Source: a virus
Taxonomy: Duplodnaviria > Caudoviricetes
DNA: 64,000 bases
IMG/VR virus record: IMGVR_UViG_2974671799_000001
Coordinates: 128,001-192,000 of that record
Reading direction: 5' to 3' (one strand)
Below, piece after piece: positions 18,923 to 28,467 of this stretch. The translations under genes were made by a program, and so were the position numbers. A model generated the notes under the pieces. That model had not been told where the DNA came from. It made no database searches and was given only the letters and a program-made list of their open reading frames with translations. The number at the start of each line of letters is the position of its first letter. Positions within the stretch are counted from its first letter, which is position 1.

Positions 18923-20308
18923 ATGAAAGTAACAGTTTATAAAGGTGGTGAATTACATAAAGTTAATGAATCTATCGAAAATGTTGAATTATTACAACAA
19001 AAATTGGTAAAAGAAGGTTGGACTCAAAATGAAAATGAGTTTACTTTAGGTGAAAATAAAATGGTTTTTGAATCAGTTGATGAAAAAGCACCGAAGTATG
19101 ACATGAAAGAAGTTCAGTCAAAATTTGGTAAGAAATTAACTACTCTTTTAGGTGATGTTTCTTATCAAGTTGGTCAAAAGAAACCAAGTACTACGGAATT
19201 ATATAGTACTAAGATTATTAACTCTTTTAAGGAGAAAAGAAATTCTAAAAATAATCCAAGGATTAAAAAAGAATATACAAAGTTCATTGAGTATTTAATG
19301 GATTTACACGAAGAGTGGTTTGGAACTTATTTAGGTGTTAGAAAGAATGTTTCAGAGGGATTAGATGTTAATAGTTTAGAAGCGGGTACAACATTGATTT
19401 ACGAGAATGAAGGTATTACTACTTATTTCCATATTAAAGAATTAGGTAATTTAAGGGCTGTTGGGAACATTTTAAATGAAAATGGTATGACAGTACTTAA
19501 AAATGTTGAAGTTCCATATACGATACTTGAAAAGTATTCTGAGAAGTATAGTTTAACAGAAAGTTTAGACTCTAAGTATTCAGATACTCTTTTACCAAAA
19601 ATTAAAGTAGGTAATAAAATCTCATTAGGTGGTGGTGGTGACAATAAAATGAAGGTTACTAACATCAACACTATGAAAAAGCGTTTAGAGGGTGAGTTTA
19701 TTGATAGTAATGATAAGGTTCGTTCTAATATCACAATTCCATTTTCATATTTCGCTAATCCACATTATAACAAAAACTATAAAATTGTTGAGAGTGAAGA
19801 TTTTGTTGATGTTTATTTTGTAAAGGAAAATAACACATTAAAAGTTGGTGAAGAGGTTTTTGAATTTGATACAATGGGTTCTATTAATGTTAGAGGTGTT
19901 GAAATGCAATTAACTGAAAATGTTGAAGACCTTTTAGAGTGTATGAATGATGTTTTTGCTGAAAGTTTCCGTTTTGGAAATGTTGAGTCTATGGATGATA
20001 TGAAATTATATTCTCGTGGATTAAATCATGGATTAAGACGTGATAGAGAAAGTATTAGAATAATTGAAGATAATAAGAATGCAACATCTTTTTTAGCTGA
20101 GTGGTTGGTTTTAGATACAAGGGATGAGGTTTTACAATTCCCGAAGATTTTACCACACTTAAAGGTAATTGAAGGTATGTTAACAAAAGCAAATGATAAA
20201 ACAAGTTTAGGTAAGATGAAAGTTCTTTTAGAAGAGGTTTTCTTACAACCTATTGATGAACAGGACTTTATGAATGTTGTTGATAAATATTCAAACTTGA
20301 ATTTATAA
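18923..20308 (+). CDS. Probable internal head protein / modular polyprotein
   Basis: VNES, VFES, VSEG, LTES, IVES, FAES separate modules; two similar beta-barrel-like modules. Confidence 0.55.
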   Translation: MKVTVYKGGELHKVNESIENVELLQQKLVKEGWTQNENEFTLGENKMVFESVDEKAPKYDMKEVQSKFGKKLTTLLGDVSYQVGQKKPSTTELYSTKIINSFKEKRNSKNNPRIKKEYTKFIEYLMDLHEEWFGTYLGVRKNVSEGLDVNSLEAGTTLIYENEGITTYFHIKELGNLRAVGNILNENGMTVLKNVEVPYTILEKYSEKYSLTESLDSKYSDTLLPKIKVGNKISLGGGGDNKMKVTNINTMKKRLEGEFIDSNDKVRSNITIPFSYFANPHYNKNYKIVESEDFVDVYFVKENNTLKVGEEVFEFDTMGSINVRGVEMQLTENVEDLLECMNDVFAESFRFGNVESMDDMKLYSRGLNHGLRRDRESIRIIEDNKNATSFLAEWLVLDTRDEVLQFPKILPHLKVIEGMLTKANDKTSLGKMKVLLEEVFLQPIDEQDFMNVVDKYSNLNL

Positions 20309-20362
20309 AAGTGTAGAAAAAGACGGTTTTAAGCCGTCTTTTTTATGATTTATTTTAAAATG

Positions 20363-20375
20363 AATTGTTATATTA
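20363..20375 (+). promoter_or_regulatory. Candidate phage middle-type promoter
   Basis: AATTGTTATATTA, identical at 31763-31775; both preceded by TTTTATG starting 22 nt upstream. Confidence 0.4.
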
Positions 20376-20401
20376 TAGTAACAAATAAATAAATAATTAC
20401 A

Positions 20402-20761
20402 ATGACTAAAAAACAACCAGTTCCAAAGGATGAATTTAATGAAGAGATTCTTAAATCTAAAGCACAAGGTAGATTAACAGAACGAGCAGGACAACTTATT
20501 TTCAAGTTAGTTTCATATTATCAAGATACAAATGAATCAATGAAATATGATAGTGAAGATATAAAGCAGGATGTTAGAAGTGTTGCATTAACAATTATTT
20601 GTGAAAAGTGGTATAAATTCAATGAAAAAGAGTATAATAATGCATTTTCTTATTTTACTACAATGGCTAGAAATGGTCTTATGGAAGGTATGAATCGTCA
20701 TACTAGAAATAAAAATAATTCGGTACTGCGTTATGATACTGTATTCGATGAATCTGTTTAG
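20402..20761 (+). CDS. Late-transcription sigma factor (T4 gp55-like)
   Basis: DIKQD..A..IC.KWYKFN..NAFSYFTTMARN, the gp55-type region 2; TATAAATA promoters occur in the window. Confidence 0.8.
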   Translation: MTKKQPVPKDEFNEEILKSKAQGRLTERAGQLIFKLVSYYQDTNESMKYDSEDIKQDVRSVALTIICEKWYKFNEKEYNNAFSYFTTMARNGLMEGMNRHTRNKNNSVLRYDTVFDESV

Positions 20762-20874
20762 AAGAGGTATTTAATTTCTTATATTTATATTTAGTTTTGT
20801 TATATTTTGGTAACTGCATTCGTGCGGTTACCATTTTTTGTTTGAAGGATATATAAAGTAAAACAATATCATAA

Positions 20875-21450
20875 ATGAAGACAATTTTAGAATATTTCGA
20901 CCCAATTTTGACAGATATGGTTTTTGAGTCAGCTAAACATAAATTAACATCATCTGATTTGATGAATGTTATATTACAAGATTATATAGAACACGTATTT
21001 TCTTTATATGGTTTATCACCTAGTGTTAGGGTAATGGTTACTCGTTTAAAGAATGGTTATAGAGGTTATGTTGATATGGCAAAGGTTACGGAATCTGATA
21101 AAACAAAGTTATTGATAAAGGTTAATAAGGATTTGGGAATAAATGCTTTGATGAAAATTATTGCACACGAGGCTACACACGCGAGACAGATACAAAATAA
21201 TCAACTTTGGTACACCGAAGAAGGTATAATGTGGAAGGGTGAGCAGTATATAAGTATGGGTGATTTTCAGAAGATTAACCGTACTATGGCAAAGAATAAA
21301 AAAGCGTTAGAAACGTATTTAAATTTTCCGTGGGAGATTGAGGCAACAGGTAATGAGAAAAATGTTGTTAATGATTATATGGAAAGTCAAAGATTTAAGG
21401 ATTTAAAAAATAACAACCCTGATAACTGGGTTTTAGATAATTTATATTAA
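20875..21450 (+). CDS. Zinc metallopeptidase (HExxH) with capsid-targeting-like leader
   Basis: IIAHEATHARQ..YLNFPWEIEA; leader MKTILEYF..MVFES; late-type AAGGATATATA upstream. Confidence 0.75.
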   Translation: MKTILEYFDPILTDMVFESAKHKLTSSDLMNVILQDYIEHVFSLYGLSPSVRVMVTRLKNGYRGYVDMAKVTESDKTKLLIKVNKDLGINALMKIIAHEATHARQIQNNQLWYTEEGIMWKGEQYISMGDFQKINRTMAKNKKALETYLNFPWEIEATGNEKNVVNDYMESQRFKDLKNNNPDNWVLDNLY

Positions 21451-21451
21451 T

Positions 21452-22045
21452 ATGATTAATTCACCAGTATTTAGTACATTCAAGACACATTTCCCTGCTG
21501 ACTTTTTCAAGTCTTCTATAGTTGGTAAGTATAACGAATGGATGTCTATATATAAAGGTAATATCGAGACGATACAAGACCTTTTAAATTTTTCGATTCA
21601 ATCGATTAAGTTTCCTGATTTGGGTAATGAGCCTATTTTACAACAAATACCAGTACAAGGTGGTGTTATTGATGTTAATACAAAACAAGTAAAACCTAGA
21701 GAATCGTTAATTGATGATAAAACATTCACCATCACATTCAAGCATATAGATGGGTTTAAGAATTATTTTCTTTTATATGAACATTATTTCCAATATGCTG
21801 AAAATAAAAACGGTGATAAACCTGATTACAGTAATATACCCGATATGAATATTGAGATTTATGATATACGCCAAAATCTATTATTTGTATTTAATTTACA
21901 GGGTGTTCAATTTACAGGTATGGATGGTTTGGATTTAACCAAATCAAGTTTAAATGCTGAATTTGATACATTCACTTGTACATTTGCGTTTAATTCATTT
22001 AGAGTATTATTTAACACACCTGAAAAAGCGGATTATCATGATTAG
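21452..22045 (+). CDS. Tail tube-fold protein (gp3/gp19/gp54-like)
   Basis: SIQSIKFPDL..FTITF..D..NY..IEIYD..F.LQGV..L.L..FTCTFAF pattern. Confidence 0.65.
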   Translation: MINSPVFSTFKTHFPADFFKSSIVGKYNEWMSIYKGNIETIQDLLNFSIQSIKFPDLGNEPILQQIPVQGGVIDVNTKQVKPRESLIDDKTFTITFKHIDGFKNYFLLYEHYFQYAENKNGDKPDYSNIPDMNIEIYDIRQNLLFVFNLQGVQFTGMDGLDLTKSSLNAEFDTFTCTFAFNSFRVLFNTPEKADYHD

Positions 22046-22511
22046 TTTAACACTTTTACAAGAGAAGAAAATAAAAGATTTTTTCGATGATTCTGAATAC
22101 ACAGGAAATAATTTATATCCTAAATTAGATTTAACTTCTAATCGTTGGGAAATAGATTATGATTCTATAGTTATTGATGCAAATATTGAAGTCGATACTG
22201 TTATCGAAATGAGATTGGATAAATTAGCTAGACATATTCTAGGTAGTGAAGATTTTGTTGATGTTATTGTTAAATTTAATAGGATTTTGGATGTTTTTGC
22301 TGTAAAGAAAGGTGATGTTATACGAGTTCCGAACTTGGCTAGTTTCTTCACTAATGTTAGAAAGGCTAATTATAAATCAAAAAACATAAAAAGAGACGTT
22401 TTAATTAATAAAAAAGGTAGTTCGGGTGGTAATAATTCAATAGCAACTAAAGTTGTTGGAAAAGACCTTAAAACATATAAAAAAGGTAAGAATGGTGTAA
22501 TTATATTTTAA
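22038..22511 (+). CDS. Baseplate wedge protein (gp53-like LysM-type)
   Basis: RLDKLARHILGS..VIVKFNRILD..GDVIRVP; ATG 22038 overlaps the upstream gene end. Confidence 0.7.
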   Translation: MISLTLLQEKKIKDFFDDSEYTGNNLYPKLDLTSNRWEIDYDSIVIDANIEVDTVIEMRLDKLARHILGSEDFVDVIVKFNRILDVFAVKKGDVIRVPNLASFFTNVRKANYKSKNIKRDVLINKKGSSGGNNSIATKVVGKDLKTYKKGKNGVIIF

Positions 22512-22514
22512 GAT

Positions 22515-23825
22515 ATGAGACAAGAATTTGAAACTAAAATAATTCCACAAGATATTGTTGTTAGACAATCAAATGAGGAAGACCAAAATATTGAAGAGAA
22601 TGCAGGCTTATGGTTTCCATTAATTCGAGTTAAAGATACTGTTTTTAACCAAGATAAAATATTATCTTTTAAATATACTGTTGGTTCTGAGCTACTACCT
22701 TCTGTTAGAGTTACTATCGATGATTATGATAAAGCATTTTTAGAAGAACAGTTTCCTATGGTTGATGATAAGATTACTATTCGTATTTCTAACAACATAG
22801 ATACTGTGCATAAGCCTATAAAATTGGATTTTATAATTACTGATATTTCGGGTTCTGCTAATAGTAAATCAACAACAATTACAGCTATTCAAGATGTTCC
22901 TAAATTACACATTTATAAGAATACAGGTTGGAATGATTCTTTATATAATATTTTAAAGAAAATAGCAACCGAATGTGATTTAGGTTTTGTGACAAATATA
23001 CAACAATCTAATGATTCAGCAAATTATATTTGTCATAATGATTATTATTCATTTTTAAAGTATTCTGAAAATAGAATTGATGTTGGTCAAGATGATTCAT
23101 GTAAGATTTTCATTGATGCATTCAATAATTTGAATTTAGTTTCATATAAGAATGCTTACAGTAATCGTGAAATTACTAGACTTCAAACCAACCCAGTTAC
23201 TGGACTGGCGTATGATGATAATATTGATTTAAAGTTATCAAATAAGACATATAATGATGAAACTGATATTCATGCTCAAATAAATAATTGGACTCCTATT
23301 TCTAATTATGGAAAAGCATTTTTAAAGACTAAGAATATTGTTAATTATAGACAGCGTTCTACAGAAAAACATTTACAAAACACATTTAATGAATTTGGTA
23401 TTCAAAACATAAATTCAATTGATAATTCAATAGATAATGTTTTCAGTAATTTTGTTCATGAAGATTCTACATATTCAAATATTTTAACGAATAGAAAGAA
23501 TAACGATAGATTAATACAGATTTATAAACAAGGTACTTATACTCGTATGGTTATGGATTATTTCATACCTGATTTGTACCCATTTGTTTATGTACCTGTT
23601 GAACTTTATAATAACGGTCGTTTGAGTAAGTTGAACTCACAAGATTCAAATGTTGATTTGGATGAATTAAGTGAGCAAGAAAGTGAATATCCGTCAAATG
23701 GATTGTCATTAAACAATGAATTTACTGGGGATTATATCGTTACAGAAATAAAGTATTCGTATTTAAGAAGTGGAAGAAGTGATTCAAACCAAGTTAAAAA
23801 TGAATTACTTGCAATAAAAGTTTAA
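22515..23825 (+). CDS. Probable baseplate hub / tail protein
   Basis: 436 aa in a structural operon; C-terminal FTGDYIVTEIKYSY resembles hub proteins. Confidence 0.55.
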   Translation: MRQEFETKIIPQDIVVRQSNEEDQNIEENAGLWFPLIRVKDTVFNQDKILSFKYTVGSELLPSVRVTIDDYDKAFLEEQFPMVDDKITIRISNNIDTVHKPIKLDFIITDISGSANSKSTTITAIQDVPKLHIYKNTGWNDSLYNILKKIATECDLGFVTNIQQSNDSANYICHNDYYSFLKYSENRIDVGQDDSCKIFIDAFNNLNLVSYKNAYSNREITRLQTNPVTGLAYDDNIDLKLSNKTYNDETDIHAQINNWTPISNYGKAFLKTKNIVNYRQRSTEKHLQNTFNEFGIQNINSIDNSIDNVFSNFVHEDSTYSNILTNRKNNDRLIQIYKQGTYTRMVMDYFIPDLYPFVYVPVELYNNGRLSKLNSQDSNVDLDELSEQESEYPSNGLSLNNEFTGDYIVTEIKYSYLRSGRSDSNQVKNELLAIKV

Positions 23826-23828
23826 AGT

Positions 23829-24323
23829 ATGACATTAGTTGAATTAGTTGAAAGTATTGATTTAGACGAAAGAAGAAGTAAAAAATCTATTAAAGATTTA
23901 AAACCAAACCCTAAGAGTAAATTTAAGAGTGGTTATTTTCCTTTAAAAGATTGTAAGAAATATTTACAGGTTGATGATGAGCCATGTATTTACCGTTCAT
24001 CTTTAGAATTTAAGGTTTTTTATTGGTGTGAGCAATCACCATATATTAAGAATTGGGTTTCTGAACCTTTTTCTATACCTTATTTATTTGTAAATGAGAG
24101 GGGTGAGACTAGAAGAAGAAATTATAACATTGATTGTGTTATAGAGTTTACTGATGGTAGATTATGGTTTGTTGAGATAAAACCACATAGTTTAACCAAA
24201 CCAAATTCATTTGGATTTGAATTGAATAAAGCAAAATGGAATTATGCTATTAAGTGGTGTAATGAGCAACCATTTGATATTGAATTTAAAATAATTACAG
24301 AAAAATTTAATTTTTACATATAA
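23829..24323 (+). CDS. Head completion nuclease (T4 gp4-like)
   Basis: SGYFP..KY..IYRSSLE..WCE..W.SEP..IPY..Y..D..VEIKP. Confidence 0.85.
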   Translation: MTLVELVESIDLDERRSKKSIKDLKPNPKSKFKSGYFPLKDCKKYLQVDDEPCIYRSSLEFKVFYWCEQSPYIKNWVSEPFSIPYLFVNERGETRRRNYNIDCVIEFTDGRLWFVEIKPHSLTKPNSFGFELNKAKWNYAIKWCNEQPFDIEFKIITEKFNFYI

Positions 24324-25105
24324 TGAAGTTATTACCCGAAGATTTCAGATTTATTGAAATCATACAACAAGAAATATCGGAACATTGTGCTGTTCCATTG
24401 GTTATTTCACCTGAAAGAATAAAGACAATCATTAAAGATTGTGCTGAATGGTTTTATGAATGGCATCCAAACGCTGTTCAAAGAAATCATTATTTAATAA
24501 AATATGATGATATATTAAAGGCGCGTGAAGGCAAATTTGCATCTACTATAAAAGTTCCCGAAGCTATAAAGTTTGTATTTAGGGTTCGTAAGGCTGATGG
24601 TGGCTTCTCTAAAACTACCGAAGCAAGGTATTTAAGAAATCCTTTATATGCAATGAATCGTTTTATGGGTTCTATGCATACTCGCGGTATGTCTTTAAAT
24701 GGTGGTGTTCAAGGACGTAATTTTGATATGGTTCAACAAGTTATATCATTATATGAGTTCCAAACACTACATTCTATAAGTTCGGCTAATAGAGGTGTTG
24801 CGCATGATTTTTCTGAATTTAGTAATGAGATTACATTTTTATCAAATGTTACTGGTGACATCATGTTGGAATGTGGTGTTAGAGTTCCGATTACTGAATT
24901 ATATTCTAATCATCATTTTAAGATGTATGTAAAGGGATTTGCTTTACAATCATTGTCTAGAATTTTGGGTACATTTGATTATAAATATATCGGTGATGTT
25001 GCTATAAATTTTGACGCTTTAAAGACAGATGGTGAGAAATTAGAGGAAAAGGTAGAGTCAGAAATAAAAGGGTTTAATTCTAGTAGTTTTATAATGACTA
25101 GGTAA
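24323..25105 (+). CDS. Neck protein (gp13-like)
   Basis: IIKDCAEWFYEWHPNAV..; C-terminal GDVAINFDALKTDGEK; adjacent to the gp4-like gene. Confidence 0.65.
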   Translation: MKLLPEDFRFIEIIQQEISEHCAVPLVISPERIKTIIKDCAEWFYEWHPNAVQRNHYLIKYDDILKAREGKFASTIKVPEAIKFVFRVRKADGGFSKTTEARYLRNPLYAMNRFMGSMHTRGMSLNGGVQGRNFDMVQQVISLYEFQTLHSISSANRGVAHDFSEFSNEITFLSNVTGDIMLECGVRVPITELYSNHHFKMYVKGFALQSLSRILGTFDYKYIGDVAINFDALKTDGEKLEEKVESEIKGFNSSSFIMTR

Positions 25106-25233
25106 AATAATTATTATGAAAGGATTTGATGGACTATAAAAGAAAGGCTTGTGATTTAGAATCACAAGCCTTTTATTTTTTGTCTTCAAACAATAAATAA
25201 ACTAAGAATGAAAAGTAAATAACAGAATATTTT

Positions 25234-28200
25234 ATGAAAAAATCAAATTCAATGGCACAGCAACTTTTTGACGTGAATCGATTAAACGATAATGCGTTGA
25301 AATTTATGCAAGCAATTTATGAAGCCATTACATCCGATAAAGAAAATATCACCACAACATTAGATTTGGGTGATGGTTCGACTAGGGATGTTATCATACC
25401 ATCAAATATATTCTTAAAATCGGAAGTTGAGCGAATGAAAGCTTCTTTTGAAAATATGATTGGTTTAGGAACATCTAGAGTAGGAACAATTGTATCAATT
25501 AATGATGGTGCTAACGATAAATTAAGGAACATAATTTTAAGTACTTTCAAAAAGGCTTTGGATAGAATGACGTTATCTGAAATGAGTTTTAAAAACCATA
25601 TTTCGGTATCACAAAATCCATTGATTGATAAGTTACTTTCGCCATTAACACATTTAGATGTTGAGTTACCTGAACGTTTCAATAATGAAAAGAATGTGGT
25701 AACTACTAAGTTTTTTGTTGAAAATTTAGATGGTTTGTCTGATGGGATGTCATATTCAGAAGTTAGGCAATATTTATCTACTAATAATGTATCATATACA
25801 ATTAAAGAAGATGTTTTAAAGTTAAATCCAACAAAGCAACGTTTTTATGGTGATTTCATGGTTATGTCAATAACAAGTAACGATGATGATACTTTAACTT
25901 GTAGAGTTGATAAATTAACATATAGTGATTCGTTGAATATTGTAGAAGATTCAAGGGAATTACAATTAGGTGATGAGCTTATAACTAGTGATGGATTAAC
26001 TCTTTATAAAGTTACTCGTGTTGTTAATGATGGTTTAGGAATTTATGTTACAATCAAATTAATAAGTGGTTTAAGTGCATTAGAAGTTGGTATAGGTGCA
26101 TTACAATACCGAGACAATACAACACCAGTTAAAACGGCTTCAATCCCTATTAAGGGTCAAGATAAAATCGTTTTATTCATTTCAAGTTTAGATGATAAAA
26201 ATGATGTGCAGGGTGTTTACTCTGATGCTAAGATTTTAGATACTGATTCATTAAAGATTTTATCTAATGGTATTGAGTTTAATTTCAATACTTATTATGC
26301 AAGTAATATTTTAGGATTAGGTGAATATTTGGAATCTGTTGTTCAAGAAAACACCGTTCCGAGAGCTTTAGCTAGTGATATCACGAAACCTGAATTAGAT
26401 GATAGTTATTTCAAGGTTGTTCAGGTAAATAAGCATATAACAAACACGGCAGATTCACAGAAGTTAAAGAGATATTCAGCAGAAAAGCAAAGATTGCGTT
26501 CACAAATACTTAAAACTTCTGATAAAATATACAGTTTAAGAACAAAAATAGGAAAAGGTCAATATAAATCGAAGGATGAGAAATCACAAGACGAATCAGC
26601 TTTAAATTTATTGATAAATAAATTACAAACAGAACAAAGCGAATTTTCATCAACTGTTGATAATATAGCTAGTTTGGCATCATTTGCGAATGCACCAAAA
26701 GCATCACCTAAGTATAGAGTTTTAGGTTTTTGGGAGATTGATGAGCCGACATCAAGTATCACAGGAGATTTACAAAGAATTGTTCAGTATAACATACGTT
26801 ACAAATATGTTCCAACAAATTCTGATGTTAGTGAACCTAGTTCTATAATGGTTGGTGATATTGATGCGTCTATATCATCTTGGAATGAATTGAAATCAGT
26901 TCCATTAAAGAAAACATTTGATGTGAATAGAAATAAATTTGTTTGGGATTCTGTTAATATTTCTGATGCTGACGTTAATAACATAAACCAAGTTGAGATA
27001 CCTATTTCATATGGTGAAAATGTTATTATTCAAGTTCAAGCTATTGGTGAAGCAGGATATCCAAGTAATCCAATATTATCTGAATGGAGTAGTCCTATAA
27101 AAGTTTCTTTTCCCGAAGAGTTGGCACAAGATGAAGATATAAAATCTATCGTTGAAGATAATAAACAAGATTTAATCAATACTAGTGTAAATAAGGAGTT
27201 TGAATCTAGGGGTATTGATAAATTAATGGGATTAGGTTATACAGAACAAGAGCGATATTTTCCTTTAGGTGTTAAGGATATTGCTTCGGGTCAATTCACA
27301 ACAGAACAAAAAACAATTTCTCTCGAAGAGTTGATAAAGTCTATGCAAACTGAGATTATTTCGTTAAGAGATATAGTTAATAGACGTACAACATCATATA
27401 GTGTAGAATTAGTTACAGGAGATAGAACATCACCTATAAATAAATTACAAACAATAGAAGTATTTGCGGGTAATTATACAGATGAGGTTGATGTAAACGT
27501 AGAATCTAATTACGGTGCTATTGTTGAGAAGGAATTTTATATTAAATTGATTAATAACAATGCTAATACAGCAGATATAACATCAATATCTAGTGGTTTA
27601 TTAACTGGTGTTACCGACAACAATAATTATAAAGATGTTGGTTTTGCGAAACATGGAACAAACACCAAACAAGCTCAAAAAAATGGGCAAATTATCTACC
27701 TTAGAAATAGAGACGTAAGTGGTTCTAATGAATTGGTTTACGTAAACAATTCACAGTCAAGCACGGAAATCGACTCAGGTGATAAAGAAACCACTACTGT
27801 TGAAGCTGAAAAAACTATTGTTGAATATGATGGTTCTAGCTTTAATAGGGTTAAATTAAGTAATGCTTCAACAGGTATAGGATATGTAGCAATGTCAATA
27901 AATCATCCTTTATATCAAGCATACTTACAAGATACAACAAATAGTACGTTATCTGATGCTTTAGTAGCTGAGTTTGAAAGAATACAAGAGTTTAACGATT
28001 CTTTATTGGAAGATAATAAACAACAAGATTTATCATCAATAGATTATATGGGATTTGTTGATAATGATAAATACATTTTAGGTAGAAATAGTACTGGTGC
28101 AAGACTATTCATGAGACTTACAGATATTCAAAATATTCAAGTTTCTAGCTCGGATTCATCAGCATCTATTCAATTACATAATGGTGAACAAAACGCATTA

Positions 28201-28464
28201 TTAATACCTGTTGTTTTCCAGTTTAGAATGATAGATATTTTAGGTAGAATAAATGGTGATTCTAAATTATCATTATCTGCATCAAATATCGAATATAAAA
28301 AGAAAATGGGTGTCGATTTAATAGTAGGTAATGAGCTATTTAAGTTTGATATAGTTGTAAGTGCTAAGTTTAGAAAAACAACATTAAGCGTTACAAGTTC
28401 AGAAACTAGTCAAGTTATTAGTGCTATTGATACTCAATCATCTAACAGACCAAATATTTTATAA
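25234..28464 (+). CDS. Large virion structural protein (baseplate/tail associated)
   Basis: 1076 aa; late-type AACAATAAATA at 25189-25199; FN3-like SEWS segment and a coiled-coil stretch. Confidence 0.55.
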   Translation: MKKSNSMAQQLFDVNRLNDNALKFMQAIYEAITSDKENITTTLDLGDGSTRDVIIPSNIFLKSEVERMKASFENMIGLGTSRVGTIVSINDGANDKLRNIILSTFKKALDRMTLSEMSFKNHISVSQNPLIDKLLSPLTHLDVELPERFNNEKNVVTTKFFVENLDGLSDGMSYSEVRQYLSTNNVSYTIKEDVLKLNPTKQRFYGDFMVMSITSNDDDTLTCRVDKLTYSDSLNIVEDSRELQLGDELITSDGLTLYKVTRVVNDGLGIYVTIKLISGLSALEVGIGALQYRDNTTPVKTASIPIKGQDKIVLFISSLDDKNDVQGVYSDAKILDTDSLKILSNGIEFNFNTYYASNILGLGEYLESVVQENTVPRALASDITKPELDDSYFKVVQVNKHITNTADSQKLKRYSAEKQRLRSQILKTSDKIYSLRTKIGKGQYKSKDEKSQDESALNLLINKLQTEQSEFSSTVDNIASLASFANAPKASPKYRVLGFWEIDEPTSSITGDLQRIVQYNIRYKYVPTNSDVSEPSSIMVGDIDASISSWNELKSVPLKKTFDVNRNKFVWDSVNISDADVNNINQVEIPISYGENVIIQVQAIGEAGYPSNPILSEWSSPIKVSFPEELAQDEDIKSIVEDNKQDLINTSVNKEFESRGIDKLMGLGYTEQERYFPLGVKDIASGQFTTEQKTISLEELIKSMQTEIISLRDIVNRRTTSYSVELVTGDRTSPINKLQTIEVFAGNYTDEVDVNVESNYGAIVEKEFYIKLINNNANTADITSISSGLLTGVTDNNNYKDVGFAKHGTNTKQAQKNGQIIYLRNRDVSGSNELVYVNNSQSSTEIDSGDKETTTVEAEKTIVEYDGSSFNRVKLSNASTGIGYVAMSINHPLYQAYLQDTTNSTLSDALVAEFERIQEFNDSLLEDNKQQDLSSIDYMGFVDNDKYILGRNSTGARLFMRLTDIQNIQVSSSDSSASIQLHNGEQNALLIPVVFQFRMIDILGRINGDSKLSLSASNIEYKKKMGVDLIVGNELFKFDIVVSAKFRKTTLSVTSSETSQVISAIDTQSSNRPNIL

Positions 28465-28467
28465 TAA

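Noticed and set aside
23829-24323. TnsA transposase / Tn7-like element
   Set aside because: Motifs and position next to neck and baseplate genes fit the T4 gp4 head completion nuclease; no other transposition genes are present.
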